From an uncultured Chloroflexia bacterium (lineage in GTDB: Bacteria > Chloroflexota > Limnocylindria > Limnocylindrales > CSP1-4): 64,000 nt of DNA. A program made the position numbers and the translations under genes. The notes beneath the pieces are model-generated. The model ran no database searches. It had not been told where the DNA came from and worked only from the letters and a program-made list of their open reading frames with translations. The stretch spans positions 48,775-112,774 of the forward strand of contig CAWJQZ010000019.1 in the NCBI GenBank assembly GCA_963844945.1, written 5' to 3'. Below, in pieces: positions 31,034 through 40,646 of this stretch (positions are counted from its first letter, which is position 1; every line of letters starts with the position of its first letter).

Positions 31034-33394
31034 CTACTGGCGGGCCATCACCAGGCGGAACCAGTCGTCCGGCGAGACGAGGTGGTCCGGGTCCTCGGCG
31101 TCCGCGCCGATGCTGATCGCCACCCGGTGCACCGTGCCCGTGAACCCGTTCTCGCCCGCGTCGTAGTCGTCGCTGACCGGCGTGCCGGTATCGGCCCCGA
31201 CATCGGTGGTCTCGTCGCCCGAGAAGATCATCGGCTCGGTGCCATCCACGCGGCCCTCGCCGACCTGCTCTCCGTCGACGTACAGCGTGACGGTTCCGCC
31301 CTTGGCGAGCCCGCCGCCGTCGTACGCGAACTCGGCACGCACCTGGTGCTCGCCGGCCGGGATCGCGCTCGCGCCGTAGACCTTGAACCGGCGCAGGCCG
31401 AACAGGTTGTAGCAGTACGCCGGCCGGCCCTCGACGAGGTACACGGCCCAGCCGCCGAACGCCGAGCCCTGGGCCACGACCACGCCCGACGCGCCCCCTT
31501 CCGGCACCGAGATATCCGCGGTGATCGAGTGGGACCGGTTCTTGATGCTGATGACCGACGCCTCGGACAGGCGCTGCATGCCGCCGTACAGGACCTGCGT
31601 CGTGCCGTGGATGAGCTGCGGCCGGCCGGCCAGGTCCGCGTTGAACCGCTCGATGCGCCGGTCGTCGAGGGGCAGCACGTTGTACTTCGCCGCCTCCTCG
31701 AGGAAGAGGGCCTGGAGCTCGGCGAGCTTGTCGGGCATCTCGGCGGCCAGGTCGTGCGCCTGGGTCCAGTCGTCGGGCCCGTAGAGCTCCCAGCGGTCGT
31801 CCGCGATCGGCGGCAGCGGCGCCACCACCCATGGTGTGGAGTGCCGGGTCACGGCGGTCCAGCCCTCGTGGTAGATGCCGCGGTTGACGAAGCACTCGAA
31901 GTACTGCGTCGTCCGCCGGTCGGGCGCGGCCGCGTCGTCGTACGTGTAGGCGAGAGACGTGCCGTGGAGCGGCATCTGCGGGATGCCGTTCACCGTGGTC
32001 GGTGCCGGGAGGCCGGCCGCCTCGAGGATCGTCGGCGCGAGGTCGATGACATGGTGGAACTGCGTCCGCACCTCGCCCCGGGCGGCGATCCGCGCCGGCC
32101 AGTGGACGACCATGCCGTTGCGCGTGCCGCCCCAGTGCGAGGCGACCTGCTTGGTCCACTGGTAGGGCGTGTCCATCGCGTGGGCCCAGCCCACGGCGAA
32201 GTGGTTGTACGCCGCCGGCCCGCCGAAGTCGTCGATGTGCGACGCCATGAACTCGGGCGTCTCGAGGGCCGCCGCCCCGTTGAACAGGAACATCTCGTTG
32301 AAGGAGCCGTTGAGCGTGCCCTCGCCCGACGCGCCGTTGTCGCCGACGATGTAGAAGACGAGCGTGTCGTCGAGGACGCCCAGGTCCTCGATCGCGTCGA
32401 TCAGGCGGCCGACGTGGTGGTCCACGTGCTCGAGGAAGCCCGCGTAGACCTCCATCTGCCGCGCCAGGATCGGCTTGAGCTCGTCGGGCATCGCGTCCCA
32501 GGCCGGGATCTCGGCCGGGCGGGCCGTCAGCTCGGCGTCGGGCGGCACGACGCCCAGCTCCTTCTGGCGGGCGAACATCCGCTCGCGAAGGGCGTCCCAG
32601 CCGTCGTCGAACCGGCCCTTGTACTTGTCGCTCCAGGGCGCGGGCACGTGGTGCGGTGCGTGCGTGGCGCCCGGAGCGAAGTAGGCGAAGAACGGCTTGT
32701 CGGGCGCGAGCGAGTGCGCCTGCCGGATCCACGTGATCGCGTGGTCGGTCAGGTCCTCGGTGAGGTGGTAGCCGTCCTCCGGGCTCCGAGGCGGCTCGAC
32801 GGGCGTCGTGCCGCTGTACAGAGCCGGGTAGTACTGGTTGGACTCGCCGCCGATGAAGCCGTAGAAGTGCTCGAACCCGCCGCCGCCGGTCGGCCAGGCG
32901 TCGAACGGGCCGATCGGGCTCGTCTCCCAGACCGGGACTTCGTGGCACTTGCCGAACTGCGCCGTGCTGTACCCGTTGAGGCGCAGGACCTCGGCGATCG
33001 GGGCCGCTGCCTTGGGCCGGATCGAGCTGTAGCCCGGCGCCGAGGTCGCGACCTCCGGCACGGCGCCCATGCCCACGGCGTGGTGGTTGCGGCCGGTCAG
33101 CATCGCCGACCGGGTGGGGGCGCACAGCGACGTCGTGTGGAAGCGGTTGTAGCGGAGGCCGCCTGCGGCGAGCCGGTCGGCGGTCGGCGTTGCGACCGGG
33201 CCGCCGAAGGTGCCCGCGGCGCCGAAGCCGACGTCGTCGAGCAGGACGATGAGGACGTTCGGCGCGCCCTTCGGCGGCCGCAGCGGCTCGATCGGGGGGA
33301 ACGTGGCGCCCGGATCCTTGGCGTCCAACGCGGTGGACGGGGCCACGGGCCGGTCGGCGATGGGCAGGACGTCGCGCAGGAGATCGCCGCTCAT
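31034..33394 (-). CDS. arylsulfatase (type I sulfatase, Cys-type)
   Basis: Intact 786 aa. SLCAPTRSAMLTGRNHH (C-x-P-x-R formylglycine motif), GKCHEVPV..., a large AtsA-like protein. Confidence 0.85.
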   Translation of the reverse strand: MSGDLLRDVLPIADRPVAPSTALDAKDPGATFPPIEPLRPPKGAPNVLIVLLDDVGFGAAGTFGGPVATPTADRLAAGGLRYNRFHTTSLCAPTRSAMLTGRNHHAVGMGAVPEVATSAPGYSSIRPKAAAPIAEVLRLNGYSTAQFGKCHEVPVWETSPIGPFDAWPTGGGGFEHFYGFIGGESNQYYPALYSGTTPVEPPRSPEDGYHLTEDLTDHAITWIRQAHSLAPDKPFFAYFAPGATHAPHHVPAPWSDKYKGRFDDGWDALRERMFARQKELGVVPPDAELTARPAEIPAWDAMPDELKPILARQMEVYAGFLEHVDHHVGRLIDAIEDLGVLDDTLVFYIVGDNGASGEGTLNGSFNEMFLFNGAAALETPEFMASHIDDFGGPAAYNHFAVGWAHAMDTPYQWTKQVASHWGGTRNGMVVHWPARIAARGEVRTQFHHVIDLAPTILEAAGLPAPTTVNGIPQMPLHGTSLAYTYDDAAAPDRRTTQYFECFVNRGIYHEGWTAVTRHSTPWVVAPLPPIADDRWELYGPDDWTQAHDLAAEMPDKLAELQALFLEEAAKYNVLPLDDRRIERFNADLAGRPQLIHGTTQVLYGGMQRLSEASVISIKNRSHSITADISVPEGGASGVVVAQGSAFGGWAVYLVEGRPAYCYNLFGLRRFKVYGASAIPAGEHQVRAEFAYDGGGLAKGGTVTLYVDGEQVGEGRVDGTEPMIFSGDETTDVGADTGTPVSDDYDAGENGFTGTVHRVAISIGADAEDPDHLVSPDDWFRLVMARQ

Positions 33395-33695
33395 GTTGTC
33401 GCTCCATCCGGCAGGTGGGTGTCTGGGTCAGTGATACGACTCATTTTAGGCGCGCACTGTCCCGTTCAGGCCCCGCCGCTTGCGCGGCAGGTCGCGCCAC
33501 CGATGAGACGGGTCAGGCCGGCCACCGGTGGCGCCCCCGGTCGACGTCGATCACTCCAGCAAGACTCGCCCCGGCCGGCCAGAGGCGTTCGGCATGAAGG
33601 TCGAGCGCGAGATATCAGGCGAGGCGGTGGGGCGGTAACGTCTCGGCAACCACGGTCATCGCGACCGACCACGACCAGGGCTCCAGCATCCCCCG

Positions 33696-33847
33696 CGACG
33701 ACACGATGACTGGACACGTTTCGCCCGGGCCCCTGAGCACGATGCTGTTGCGCCTAGGCGCCGGTGGCCTTCCAGACTGGATGTCGCGGGTTCGAGACCC
33801 GTCTCCGGCTCCACTTCCCCGGTTCGTGCTCAGCACGACACGCAGCC
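33696..33847 (+). repeat. att-like repeat D (tRNA fragment 33767-33823, 4 substitutions)
   Basis: GACGACACGATGACTGGACACGTTTCGCCCGGGCCCCTGAGCACGATGCTGTTGCGC...GCCTTCCAGACTGGATGTCGCGGGTTCGAGACCCGTCTCCGGCTCCACTTCCCCGGTTCGTGCTCAGCACGACACGCAGCC. Confidence 0.8.
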
Positions 33848-34307
33848 AACAGCGGTCGGACGCCCGCGCGGCTGGTCTTGCCCCTCTCAGCCGGGCCGTG
33901 TCGCTGCCGCAACGCTTCGGGACACTGAGCCTCGGAGTCGAAGCGACCGCCGGTCGTGAGCGCAGTCGTGTGTACGGCACCGCTGAGGCCGCGAACGACG
34001 ACGCCGGTGCGGGAGTCGTCGGTCCGTGGAGCGGCGACACGGGCTGCGATCCCGCCGGAGCCTGGTTGCGCCGACTCGGCGCGCCTCAAGGGGCATGCGC
34101 GTGGGTCAACCGGGCTGGCACCAACGCCCGCGCCGTTGGGCGAGGCCGTACTCATCTTCTTCTCATCGAGCGCTCACCCCACGACGACCCCGCGGCCATA
34201 CGGTCACCGGGATAGACGCGGGAGGCGTTGACGCACGGTCCCCGACCTGGTCGCCTTGGATCGTGCCGAGCCAATGGCGAGACCGCCCCGCACCGGGAGG
34301 TACACAG

Positions 34308-34772
34308 ATGCGCTCGACTCGCAAGTTCGCCTCGGTGGCCAGCACCTTCGCCGCGGCCGCCCTCCTCGGGGCGACGGTCCTGACCCTCGCTCCACCCGCG
34401 CTGGCATCGACGCCACGGTACGGCAACCTCCACGTCGTGAAGGAGTGCACGGCCTACACCGGTGCCGCCGGCGGCTACTGCACCGTCACGTCTTCGAACG
34501 TCCCCGCGATCAAGGTCGGCTCGAAGATCGTCTACGGGCAGGCGGCCGGCGCGACCGCGCTCAACAGCGACATCGTCCTCACGTCCGGGGCCGGCAACAG
34601 CGCGATCGGCCACTGCTACCTCGGCTTCGCGGATGGCCTGGGGCTCTGCACGATCGCGGGCGGGACCGGCTCATTCGCCGGGTTCGAGGCGAGCGTCACC
34701 GTGACCGCGAGCTCCACCGTCACGAAGGGCTGGAACTGGGACGGCACGTACAGCTTCGACAAGATCAACTGA
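34308..34772 (+). CDS. small secreted Cys-containing protein (hypothetical)
   Basis: Signal peptide MRSTRKFASVASTFAAAALLGATVLTLAPPALA. Four Cys residues in the mature part. Gly/Ala/Thr-rich. Confidence 0.55.
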   Translation: MRSTRKFASVASTFAAAALLGATVLTLAPPALASTPRYGNLHVVKECTAYTGAAGGYCTVTSSNVPAIKVGSKIVYGQAAGATALNSDIVLTSGAGNSAIGHCYLGFADGLGLCTIAGGTGSFAGFEASVTVTASSTVTKGWNWDGTYSFDKIN

Positions 34773-34821
34773 GGCGGGACTGGCCGCCGCGCACTCCACG
34801 TCAGCCAAAGGAACGATCGCC

Positions 34822-35139
34822 GTGCATGTCCAGATCGTCATCTTCAAGCTGAAGGACCTGAGCGACACCGACTACCGCCGCACCTGCGAGGAATCGGCGC
34901 CCGCCTTCTCCGAGATACCCGGCCTGCTTTCGAAGGTCTGGCTCGCCGACGAGCGGACGAACACGTACGGCGGTGTCTACACCTGGGTCGACCGAGCCGC
35001 GATGGAGGCGTACGTCCAGAGCGACCTCTTCAAGGCCATCGCGGCAGATCCGGACTTCACCGACATCACGTCGCGGGACTTCGACATCATCGAGGGTCCG
35101 ACCCGCGTGACGTCGGGCATGATCGCCGTCCCCGGATGA
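34822..35139 (+). CDS. YdhR/Dabb-like putative monooxygenase (dimeric alpha+beta barrel)
   Basis: MHVQIVIFKLKDLSDTDYRRTCEESAPAFSEIPGLLSKVWLADERTNTYGGVYTWVDRAAMEAYVQSDLF. Confidence 0.6.
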   Translation: MHVQIVIFKLKDLSDTDYRRTCEESAPAFSEIPGLLSKVWLADERTNTYGGVYTWVDRAAMEAYVQSDLFKAIAADPDFTDITSRDFDIIEGPTRVTSGMIAVPG

Positions 35140-35186
35140 TCGACACGACGCACCGGCCGCATTGACATGGCGCCCACACTCATCCG

Positions 35187-37127
35187 ATGAACCGGACCGT
35201 TCGCCAGCTGATGGAAGAGCGGACCACAGAGCTCGTCGGACGCGACGACGAGAGGGCCGTACTCCGGCATCTGATGGGCGAGGATGGCCCGATCGTCGTG
35301 TTCGTGTACGGCATCGCCGGCGTCGGCAAATCATCCCTCGTCGACGCCTTCGCTGTCGAGGCGCGCGACGGCGGCACAGCTGTGGTGCGTCTCGATTGCC
35401 GGGCGGTCGAGCCGACGGAACGCGGATTCCTCGCCGCCCTCGAAGCCGCGATCGGTGGCGAGCTCACGACCGCAGAGGCTGCGGCTGCCCGGCTCGGCAG
35501 TCTTGCCGACCGGGTCGTCCTGGTTCTCGACACGTACGAGCTGCTCCGGATGCTGGATTCATGGCTGCGACAGGCGTTCGTCGTCGCGCTGACCGACAAC
35601 GTGCGGATCGTCCTCGCCGGCCGCGACCCGCCGATGACCGGCTGGCCGAGCGAGCTCGGAGGGCTGTTCCGCAGCGTCCCGCTCGGCAGCCTGTCGCGCG
35701 AGCACGCCGAGGCGTTCCTCCGCCAGGTCGGCGTCGATAGGTCGGATGCCGCCCGGATCAACCACGTTGCGCGAGGGCATCCGCTGTCCCTGAGGCTCGC
35801 CGCGTCGGCAATGGCAGAGCGACCCGACATCAGCGTGGATGCCGTCACGGTGAAGGCGATCGTGGAGGAGCTGACGGAGCTGTACCTCGAGGGCCTCGAC
35901 CCGCTGACTCGCGGGGCCCTCGATGCCGCCGCCGTCATCCGCCGCCCGACGCTCTCGCTCCTTGCGGCCATGCTGCCCGAAGCCGGTCCACAGGACGCCT
36001 TCGATCGTCTGCGGCGGCTCCCGTTCGTCGAGACGGACTACGACGGGCTCCTCCTGCACGACACCGTCCGCGAAGCCGTGGCAGCGATCCTCCGGTCGTC
36101 CGATCCCGACCGCTCCCGGCGGTATCGCGGCGCTGCCTGGCGCCAGCTCCGCGAGGAGGTCGCCCACGCGACGAGCCAGGAGATGTGGCGCTACACCGCC
36201 GACCTGCTGTACATCCTCCAGAACCCGATCGTCCGTGAGTCGTTCTTCCCCACGAGCGATCACATGTACTCCGTGGAGACGGCGACGCCGAGTGACGCCC
36301 GGCCGATCGCCGAGATCGTCGGACGATACGAGGGAACCGCCTCGGCTTCGGTCGTCGACGCATGGTGGCGACATGCCCCCGATGTCTTCCGGGTGGCTCG
36401 CGATCGCCTGGGTGGTGTCGCAGGCTTCTACGTCGTCTGCCAGGTCGACCGCATCACTCATCGTCTCGTCGAGGCCGACCCGGTCGCCCGTCGCTGCTGG
36501 GAGCACCTGCGGGCCCAGCCGATCCCGCGAGGTCAACGGGTCCTGTTCTGCCGCTTCATGCTCGCTCGTGAGTACGGCGAGTCACCCTCGCCCGTGCAGG
36601 CGGCCATGTGGCTCGACCTCAAGCGCTACTACATGGAGCTTCGGCCCGGCCTCCGGCGCATCTACTCGACCCTGAAGGACGTGGCGACGTGGGGTCCGAT
36701 CGTCGCCCCGCTCGGCTTCGAGGTCCTGCCGGGCGACCCGCTCGAGTTCGACGGCTCGCCCTACTACACGGCGGTCCTCGACTTCGGGCCTTCGTCGGTG
36801 GATGGCTGGCTCGCGAAGATCATCGCCGCGGAGCTCCAGATCAAGGATGATTCGATCCTCGATCTCGTGCAGCGTCAGCTCGTGCTCGACGGCCGCCGGA
36901 TCGACCTGACGCGGCTCGAGTTCCAGGTGCTCGACTACCTCTACCAGCGACGGGGGACCGCCGTCGAGCGATCGGCGCTCCTGCGCGACGTGTGGGGCTA
37001 TGACTACGCCGGCGGCAGCAACGTGATCGAGACACTCGTGCGATCGCTCCGACGGAAACTCGGCGACCGCGCCACCTCGATCGAGACCGTCCGCGGCATC
37101 GGCTACAGGTTCGTGCCAGCCGGCTGA
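35187..37127 (+). CDS. transcriptional regulator: N-terminal P-loop ATPase plus C-terminal OmpR/PhoB-type winged helix (trans_reg_C)
   Basis: Intact 646 aa. Walker A GIAGVGKSS, Walker B-like VLVLDTYE. C-terminus LEFQVLDYLYQRRGTAVERSALLRDVWGYDYAGGSNVIETLVRSLRRKLGDRATSIETVRGIGYRFV. Confidence 0.7.
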   Translation: MNRTVRQLMEERTTELVGRDDERAVLRHLMGEDGPIVVFVYGIAGVGKSSLVDAFAVEARDGGTAVVRLDCRAVEPTERGFLAALEAAIGGELTTAEAAAARLGSLADRVVLVLDTYELLRMLDSWLRQAFVVALTDNVRIVLAGRDPPMTGWPSELGGLFRSVPLGSLSREHAEAFLRQVGVDRSDAARINHVARGHPLSLRLAASAMAERPDISVDAVTVKAIVEELTELYLEGLDPLTRGALDAAAVIRRPTLSLLAAMLPEAGPQDAFDRLRRLPFVETDYDGLLLHDTVREAVAAILRSSDPDRSRRYRGAAWRQLREEVAHATSQEMWRYTADLLYILQNPIVRESFFPTSDHMYSVETATPSDARPIAEIVGRYEGTASASVVDAWWRHAPDVFRVARDRLGGVAGFYVVCQVDRITHRLVEADPVARRCWEHLRAQPIPRGQRVLFCRFMLAREYGESPSPVQAAMWLDLKRYYMELRPGLRRIYSTLKDVATWGPIVAPLGFEVLPGDPLEFDGSPYYTAVLDFGPSSVDGWLAKIIAAELQIKDDSILDLVQRQLVLDGRRIDLTRLEFQVLDYLYQRRGTAVERSALLRDVWGYDYAGGSNVIETLVRSLRRKLGDRATSIETVRGIGYRFVPAG

Positions 37128-37180
37128 CGCGTGCTCAGCTCCGATGCGGCAAGAGAGGGTCAGCGCCGTGGCCGCGTACG

Positions 37181-37337
37181 CACCAAAGCCGGACGAGGTT
37201 CGCTCCCGTTCCCACGCTCGTCGCCGCACTGCTCACCGCCGCTGGCCTTCCAAGCTGAATGTCGCGGGTTCGAGACCCGTCTCCCGCTCCACTTCGCTGG
37301 TTCGTGCGTGGGTCGACCCGGCAGGTTCGTGCTAGCC
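37181..37337 (+). repeat. att-like repeat E (tRNA fragment 37245-37291); the 5-prime arm variant is shared with repeat A
   Basis: CACCAAAGCCGGACGAGG...CCCACGCTCGTCGCCGCACTGCTCACCGCCGCTGGCCTTCCAAGCTGAATGTCGCGGGTTCGAGACCCGTCTCCCGCTCCACTTCGCTGGTTCGTGC. Confidence 0.8.
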
Positions 37338-37369
37338 AGTCCCGTCGACACTCAGGACGGCCGGATCGA

Positions 37370-37553
37370 CGCCATGCTCGGCGACACGCAGCCTGTGCGA
37401 TCGGGGACCTGGTCCCAGCTGCCGGCCTCGACCGTGAAGCACCACCTGGCGACCGCGCGGTCGAAGGTGGGCGCCGAGACGACGGCGCAGCTCGTGTGGA
37501 TCCTGGCCCCGCGGCTGCCGGAGTCCGAGGGCGAAGGGCAGACGGACGCGTAG
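37370..37553 (+). pseudogene. remnant of a LuxR-family HTH (C-terminal ~35 aa only)
   Basis: ASTVKHHLATARSKVGAETTAQLVWILA matches the TVKxH...KLG...R..Av tail of LuxR HTH domains. It begins about 30 nt after att-like repeat E. Confidence 0.3.
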
Positions 37554-37694
37554 CAGTCGGCTCGATGCGAGCAGCATCAGCACGAACGAAACCGGCGGCA
37601 TCGTGGAGTCGCACCGGGGCGGCTCGCCCGCCAGGAGGAGTTCGTAGCGAGAGGTCGCCGAGGTCGGGGTACCTCGCTTTGTCCGCGCTCGCCG

Positions 37695-38123
37695 TCAGCC
37701 GCTGTGGGCGGCGGACTCCACCTTCGATCCGAGGGCCCGGCGCAGGAGCCCGATGAGCGCCTCCTGCTCGTCTCCCGAGAGGTCCGAGAGCCCGGGGGCG
37801 GCGGTCACAAGCTCCTCGAGCCGGCGGAGCACCTCGCGGCCGGCATCCGTCAGGACCAGCTCCTTGACCCGGCGGTCGGTCGCCAGCGTCCGCCGCTCCA
37901 CCAGGCCCCGCTTCTCGAGCCGGTCGACGATCCCTGTCAGGTTGGAGGCGTCGCAGCGGAGTGCCTCGGCCGCGGTCCCCATCGACATCGGCTCGCGCAG
38001 CCGGCGGATCAGGAGCGCCTGGGGCTCGGTGAGGCCGACTGGTGCCACGGCGCGCGTGATCCATGCCTCGAGGTCCGAGGCAAGGTGGATCACGAGGGCG
38101 GCGACCTGCTCCTCGGGCCCCAT
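37695..38123 (-). CDS. MarR-family transcriptional regulator
   Basis: Intact. GLTEPQALLIRRLREPMSMGTAAEALRCDASNLTGIVDRLEKRGLVERR. Confidence 0.8.
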   Translation of the reverse strand: MGPEEQVAALVIHLASDLEAWITRAVAPVGLTEPQALLIRRLREPMSMGTAAEALRCDASNLTGIVDRLEKRGLVERRTLATDRRVKELVLTDAGREVLRRLEELVTAAPGLSDLSGDEQEALIGLLRRALGSKVESAAHSG

Positions 38124-38603
38124 CGGTCTCCCGGCCTTCCCTGGAGGAGCGTCGCAGTCATCGTGTCGTGGCGGTCTTGGCGACCCGTCGAGGCTGCCGA
38201 CTCGCGTGCTGTGACGCTTCGCCGACCACCATCGGAGCGGGAGCAGGCCTCAGTCGAAGGCTGGAGGCACGGCTGGGAAGGCAGCCTCAGGCCATCGGCC
38301 TTCAGTCCGCGGCCGAACCACCTGAGCTACGCGCCGGAGTCGCGGCGATCCACGCTCCGCCCATTTCCGCGGCTCGCCACAGAGGCAGTCGTGTCAAGCC
38401 CCCTTTACATCATGCTACGCGATCACGCGTGCGCGCGTGCTTCAGGGGATGCAGGAGGAGGAGGCCGTGGAGAAGGTGAACGCGGGACTCAGATACGGGC
38501 GCCACGAGCGCGTCCCGGCCGACCGCAACCGTCGAGAGGTCGCGTGGGACGAATTGCCCGCCGGCCGGCCAGGGGGGTGAGGCACGCCGCCGCCTCGAGC
38601 CCC

Positions 38604-39353
38604 TCACTCCCAGCGGAAGAACCGCGCCGACACCAAACCGCACACGACGAGGACGGCGGTCAGCACGGCCACCTCCAGCCACAGATCGGACCATGGCTCG
38701 CCGACCCAGAGTCCCCGCATGAGCCTGACCACGTACGTCAGGGGCAGGAACGCGGCGATCTGCTGGACGCTCGAGGGGAGCATCTCGAGAGGGATCGTGG
38801 CCCCGCAGAGGAACATCATCGGGTAGGCGATCACCATCCCGACCGTCTGGGCGACCCGCGCCGACGGGGCGAAGCTCGCGATCACGAAGCCGATCGCGAG
38901 GAAGGACAGGGTGCAGAGGGTGAAGCCGGCCAGCACGCTCACGATGTCGCCCTCGAATCGCACGTCGTACACCAGCTTCCCGACGATGACCAGGAGCACC
39001 ATCCCCACCAGTGCCATGACCCAGTAGGAGGTCACGTCGGCGACGATGTAGGTCAGGGGGCGCAGCGGGGTGACCCGGTACCGGCGCAGGATCCCGAGCT
39101 CGCGGTTGACCGACGTCTGGATCGGAAGACCGATGAGACCCACGGTCACGATGATGATCCCGAGGTAGGCGGGGACCGTGACGTCCATGGACCCTAGGCC
39201 GTTGAAGATCTGGTTCGGCTCGTTGCCGTAGATGAGCCCGAACAGGACGAGCATGAGCGGTGCGAAGAACATCGTGAAGAAGGTCGCGATGGGCTCGCGG
39301 AGGTAGAGCTTCCCCTGTGTCCAGGTGAAGATGGACAGTCCGCGGATCGTCAT
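38604..39353 (-). CDS. ABC-2 type transporter permease
   Basis: Intact 249 aa, 6 TM helices. Lies just downstream of the ATPase gene. Confidence 0.75.
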   Translation of the reverse strand: MTIRGLSIFTWTQGKLYLREPIATFFTMFFAPLMLVLFGLIYGNEPNQIFNGLGSMDVTVPAYLGIIIVTVGLIGLPIQTSVNRELGILRRYRVTPLRPLTYIVADVTSYWVMALVGMVLLVIVGKLVYDVRFEGDIVSVLAGFTLCTLSFLAIGFVIASFAPSARVAQTVGMVIAYPMMFLCGATIPLEMLPSSVQQIAAFLPLTYVVRLMRGLWVGEPWSDLWLEVAVLTAVLVVCGLVSARFFRWE

Positions 39354-39366
39354 CGTCAGCGCGCCC

Positions 39367-40311
39367 TCAATCCCGCATCTCTCGTCCGGTCAGGGTCAGG
39401 AAGACGTCCTCGAGGTTCGGCTGCTCCGTCTGCAGGTCGTGGAACGACTGGTGCGCCTCCCGGAGAGCGTCCAGCACCGGCACCAGGACCCGATCCGACT
39501 GTCCATACACCACCACGCGGCCGCCCGACCGCTCGACGCGCTCCACCCCGGGGATCGCCCTCAGCGCCCCGAGGGTCTCGTCGGCCATTCCGTCGGCATC
39601 GAAGGCGATCCGCTGCTCCACGCGAAGGGCGCGAACAAGCGCCGCGGGGGTGTCAAGCGCGACGATCCGACCTGCGTCGATGATCATCACGCGGTCGCAC
39701 AGCCGCTCGGCCTCCTCCATGTAGTGCGTCGTCAGAAAGACCGTCTTCCCCTTGGCTCGAACATCGCGGACGAGGTCCCAGGTCGCGTGGCGAGCTTGGG
39801 GATCGAGCCCGCTGGTCAGCTCGTCGAAGAAGACCAGCTGAGGATCGCCGACCAGCGCCAGCGCGATCGAGAGACGCTGCTTCTGGCCCCCGGAGAGCTC
39901 GGCGTAGGCGACGTTCTTCCTGTCGGCGAGGCCGAGCCCGTCGAGGATCGGCCCAGGCTCGAGCGGGCGGGCGTAGAAGGACGCGAACAGGCGCACGGCC
40001 TCTCCGACCTGCAACCTGGCCGGAAGGGCGCTCGACTGGAGCTGCGCCCCGATCCGTTCCCGGAGCGCGGCGCCGTCGCGGCGCGGGTCCAGCCCGAGGA
40101 CGAGCACACGTCCGCCGTCGGGTGCGCGCAGCCCTTCGAGGCACTCGATCGTGGTCGTCTTCCCGGCCCCGTTCGGACCGACGACGCCGAAGATCTCGCC
40201 CTCCTCGACCTCGAACGAGATCGCGTCCACGGCGCGGACGGAGCCATAGGACTTCTCGAGCGACTCGACCGCGATGACCGGTCCAGCCATGCGCGAGGCT
40301 CCTCCCGACAC
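39367..40311 (-). CDS. ABC transporter ATP-binding protein
   Basis: GPNGAGKTT (Walker A), LSGGQKQRLSIA (signature), VFFDELTSGLD (Walker B). Confidence 0.85.
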   Translation of the reverse strand: MSGGASRMAGPVIAVESLEKSYGSVRAVDAISFEVEEGEIFGVVGPNGAGKTTTIECLEGLRAPDGGRVLVLGLDPRRDGAALRERIGAQLQSSALPARLQVGEAVRLFASFYARPLEPGPILDGLGLADRKNVAYAELSGGQKQRLSIALALVGDPQLVFFDELTSGLDPQARHATWDLVRDVRAKGKTVFLTTHYMEEAERLCDRVMIIDAGRIVALDTPAALVRALRVEQRIAFDADGMADETLGALRAIPGVERVERSGGRVVVYGQSDRVLVPVLDALREAHQSFHDLQTEQPNLEDVFLTLTGREMRD

Positions 40312-40506
40312 GCGCCCGGCTCCCGCTCCTGTCGCCGTGCCCTGGTGTCACTGACGAAGCCCGGCCGGGGTCCCTAGTGCTCGAAGCGGCCGCGCTGCGG
40401 GCGGCGCCGTCTTGTCGGCGGCTTCGCAACGAACCATGTCGCGGTGGTGGTCACGGCGCCAGAGGCGCTGGTCGCAAATGTGACTCGCCCTGCGTGGTAC
40501 GGGCCT

Positions 40507-40622
40507 CACGACACGATAACTGGACACGTTACGCTCAGGCCCCTGAGCACGGTGCCACAACGCTCAGATGTCCCAGCCTTCCAGGCTGGATGTCGCGGGT
40601 CCGAGACCCATCTCCCGCTCCA
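40507..40622 (+). repeat. att-like repeat F (tRNA fragment 40574-40622, decayed T-arm; no 3-prime flank)
   Basis: CACGACACGATAACTGGACACGTTACGCTCAGGCCCCTGAGCACGGTGCCACAACGCTCAGATGTCCCAGCCTTCCAGGCTGGATGTCGCGGGTCCGAGACCCATCTCCCGCTCCA. Confidence 0.8.
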
Positions 40623-40646
40623 GCTTCTCCGACGGCGGCGCCGGCC

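Noticed and set aside
30621-33709. 928-aa minus and 940-aa plus ORFs overlapping the arylsulfatase gene in other frames
   Set aside because: The arylsulfatase frame (31034-33394, minus) carries the full sulfatase signature. The alternate frames give Arg/Gly/Asp-rich products with no motifs.
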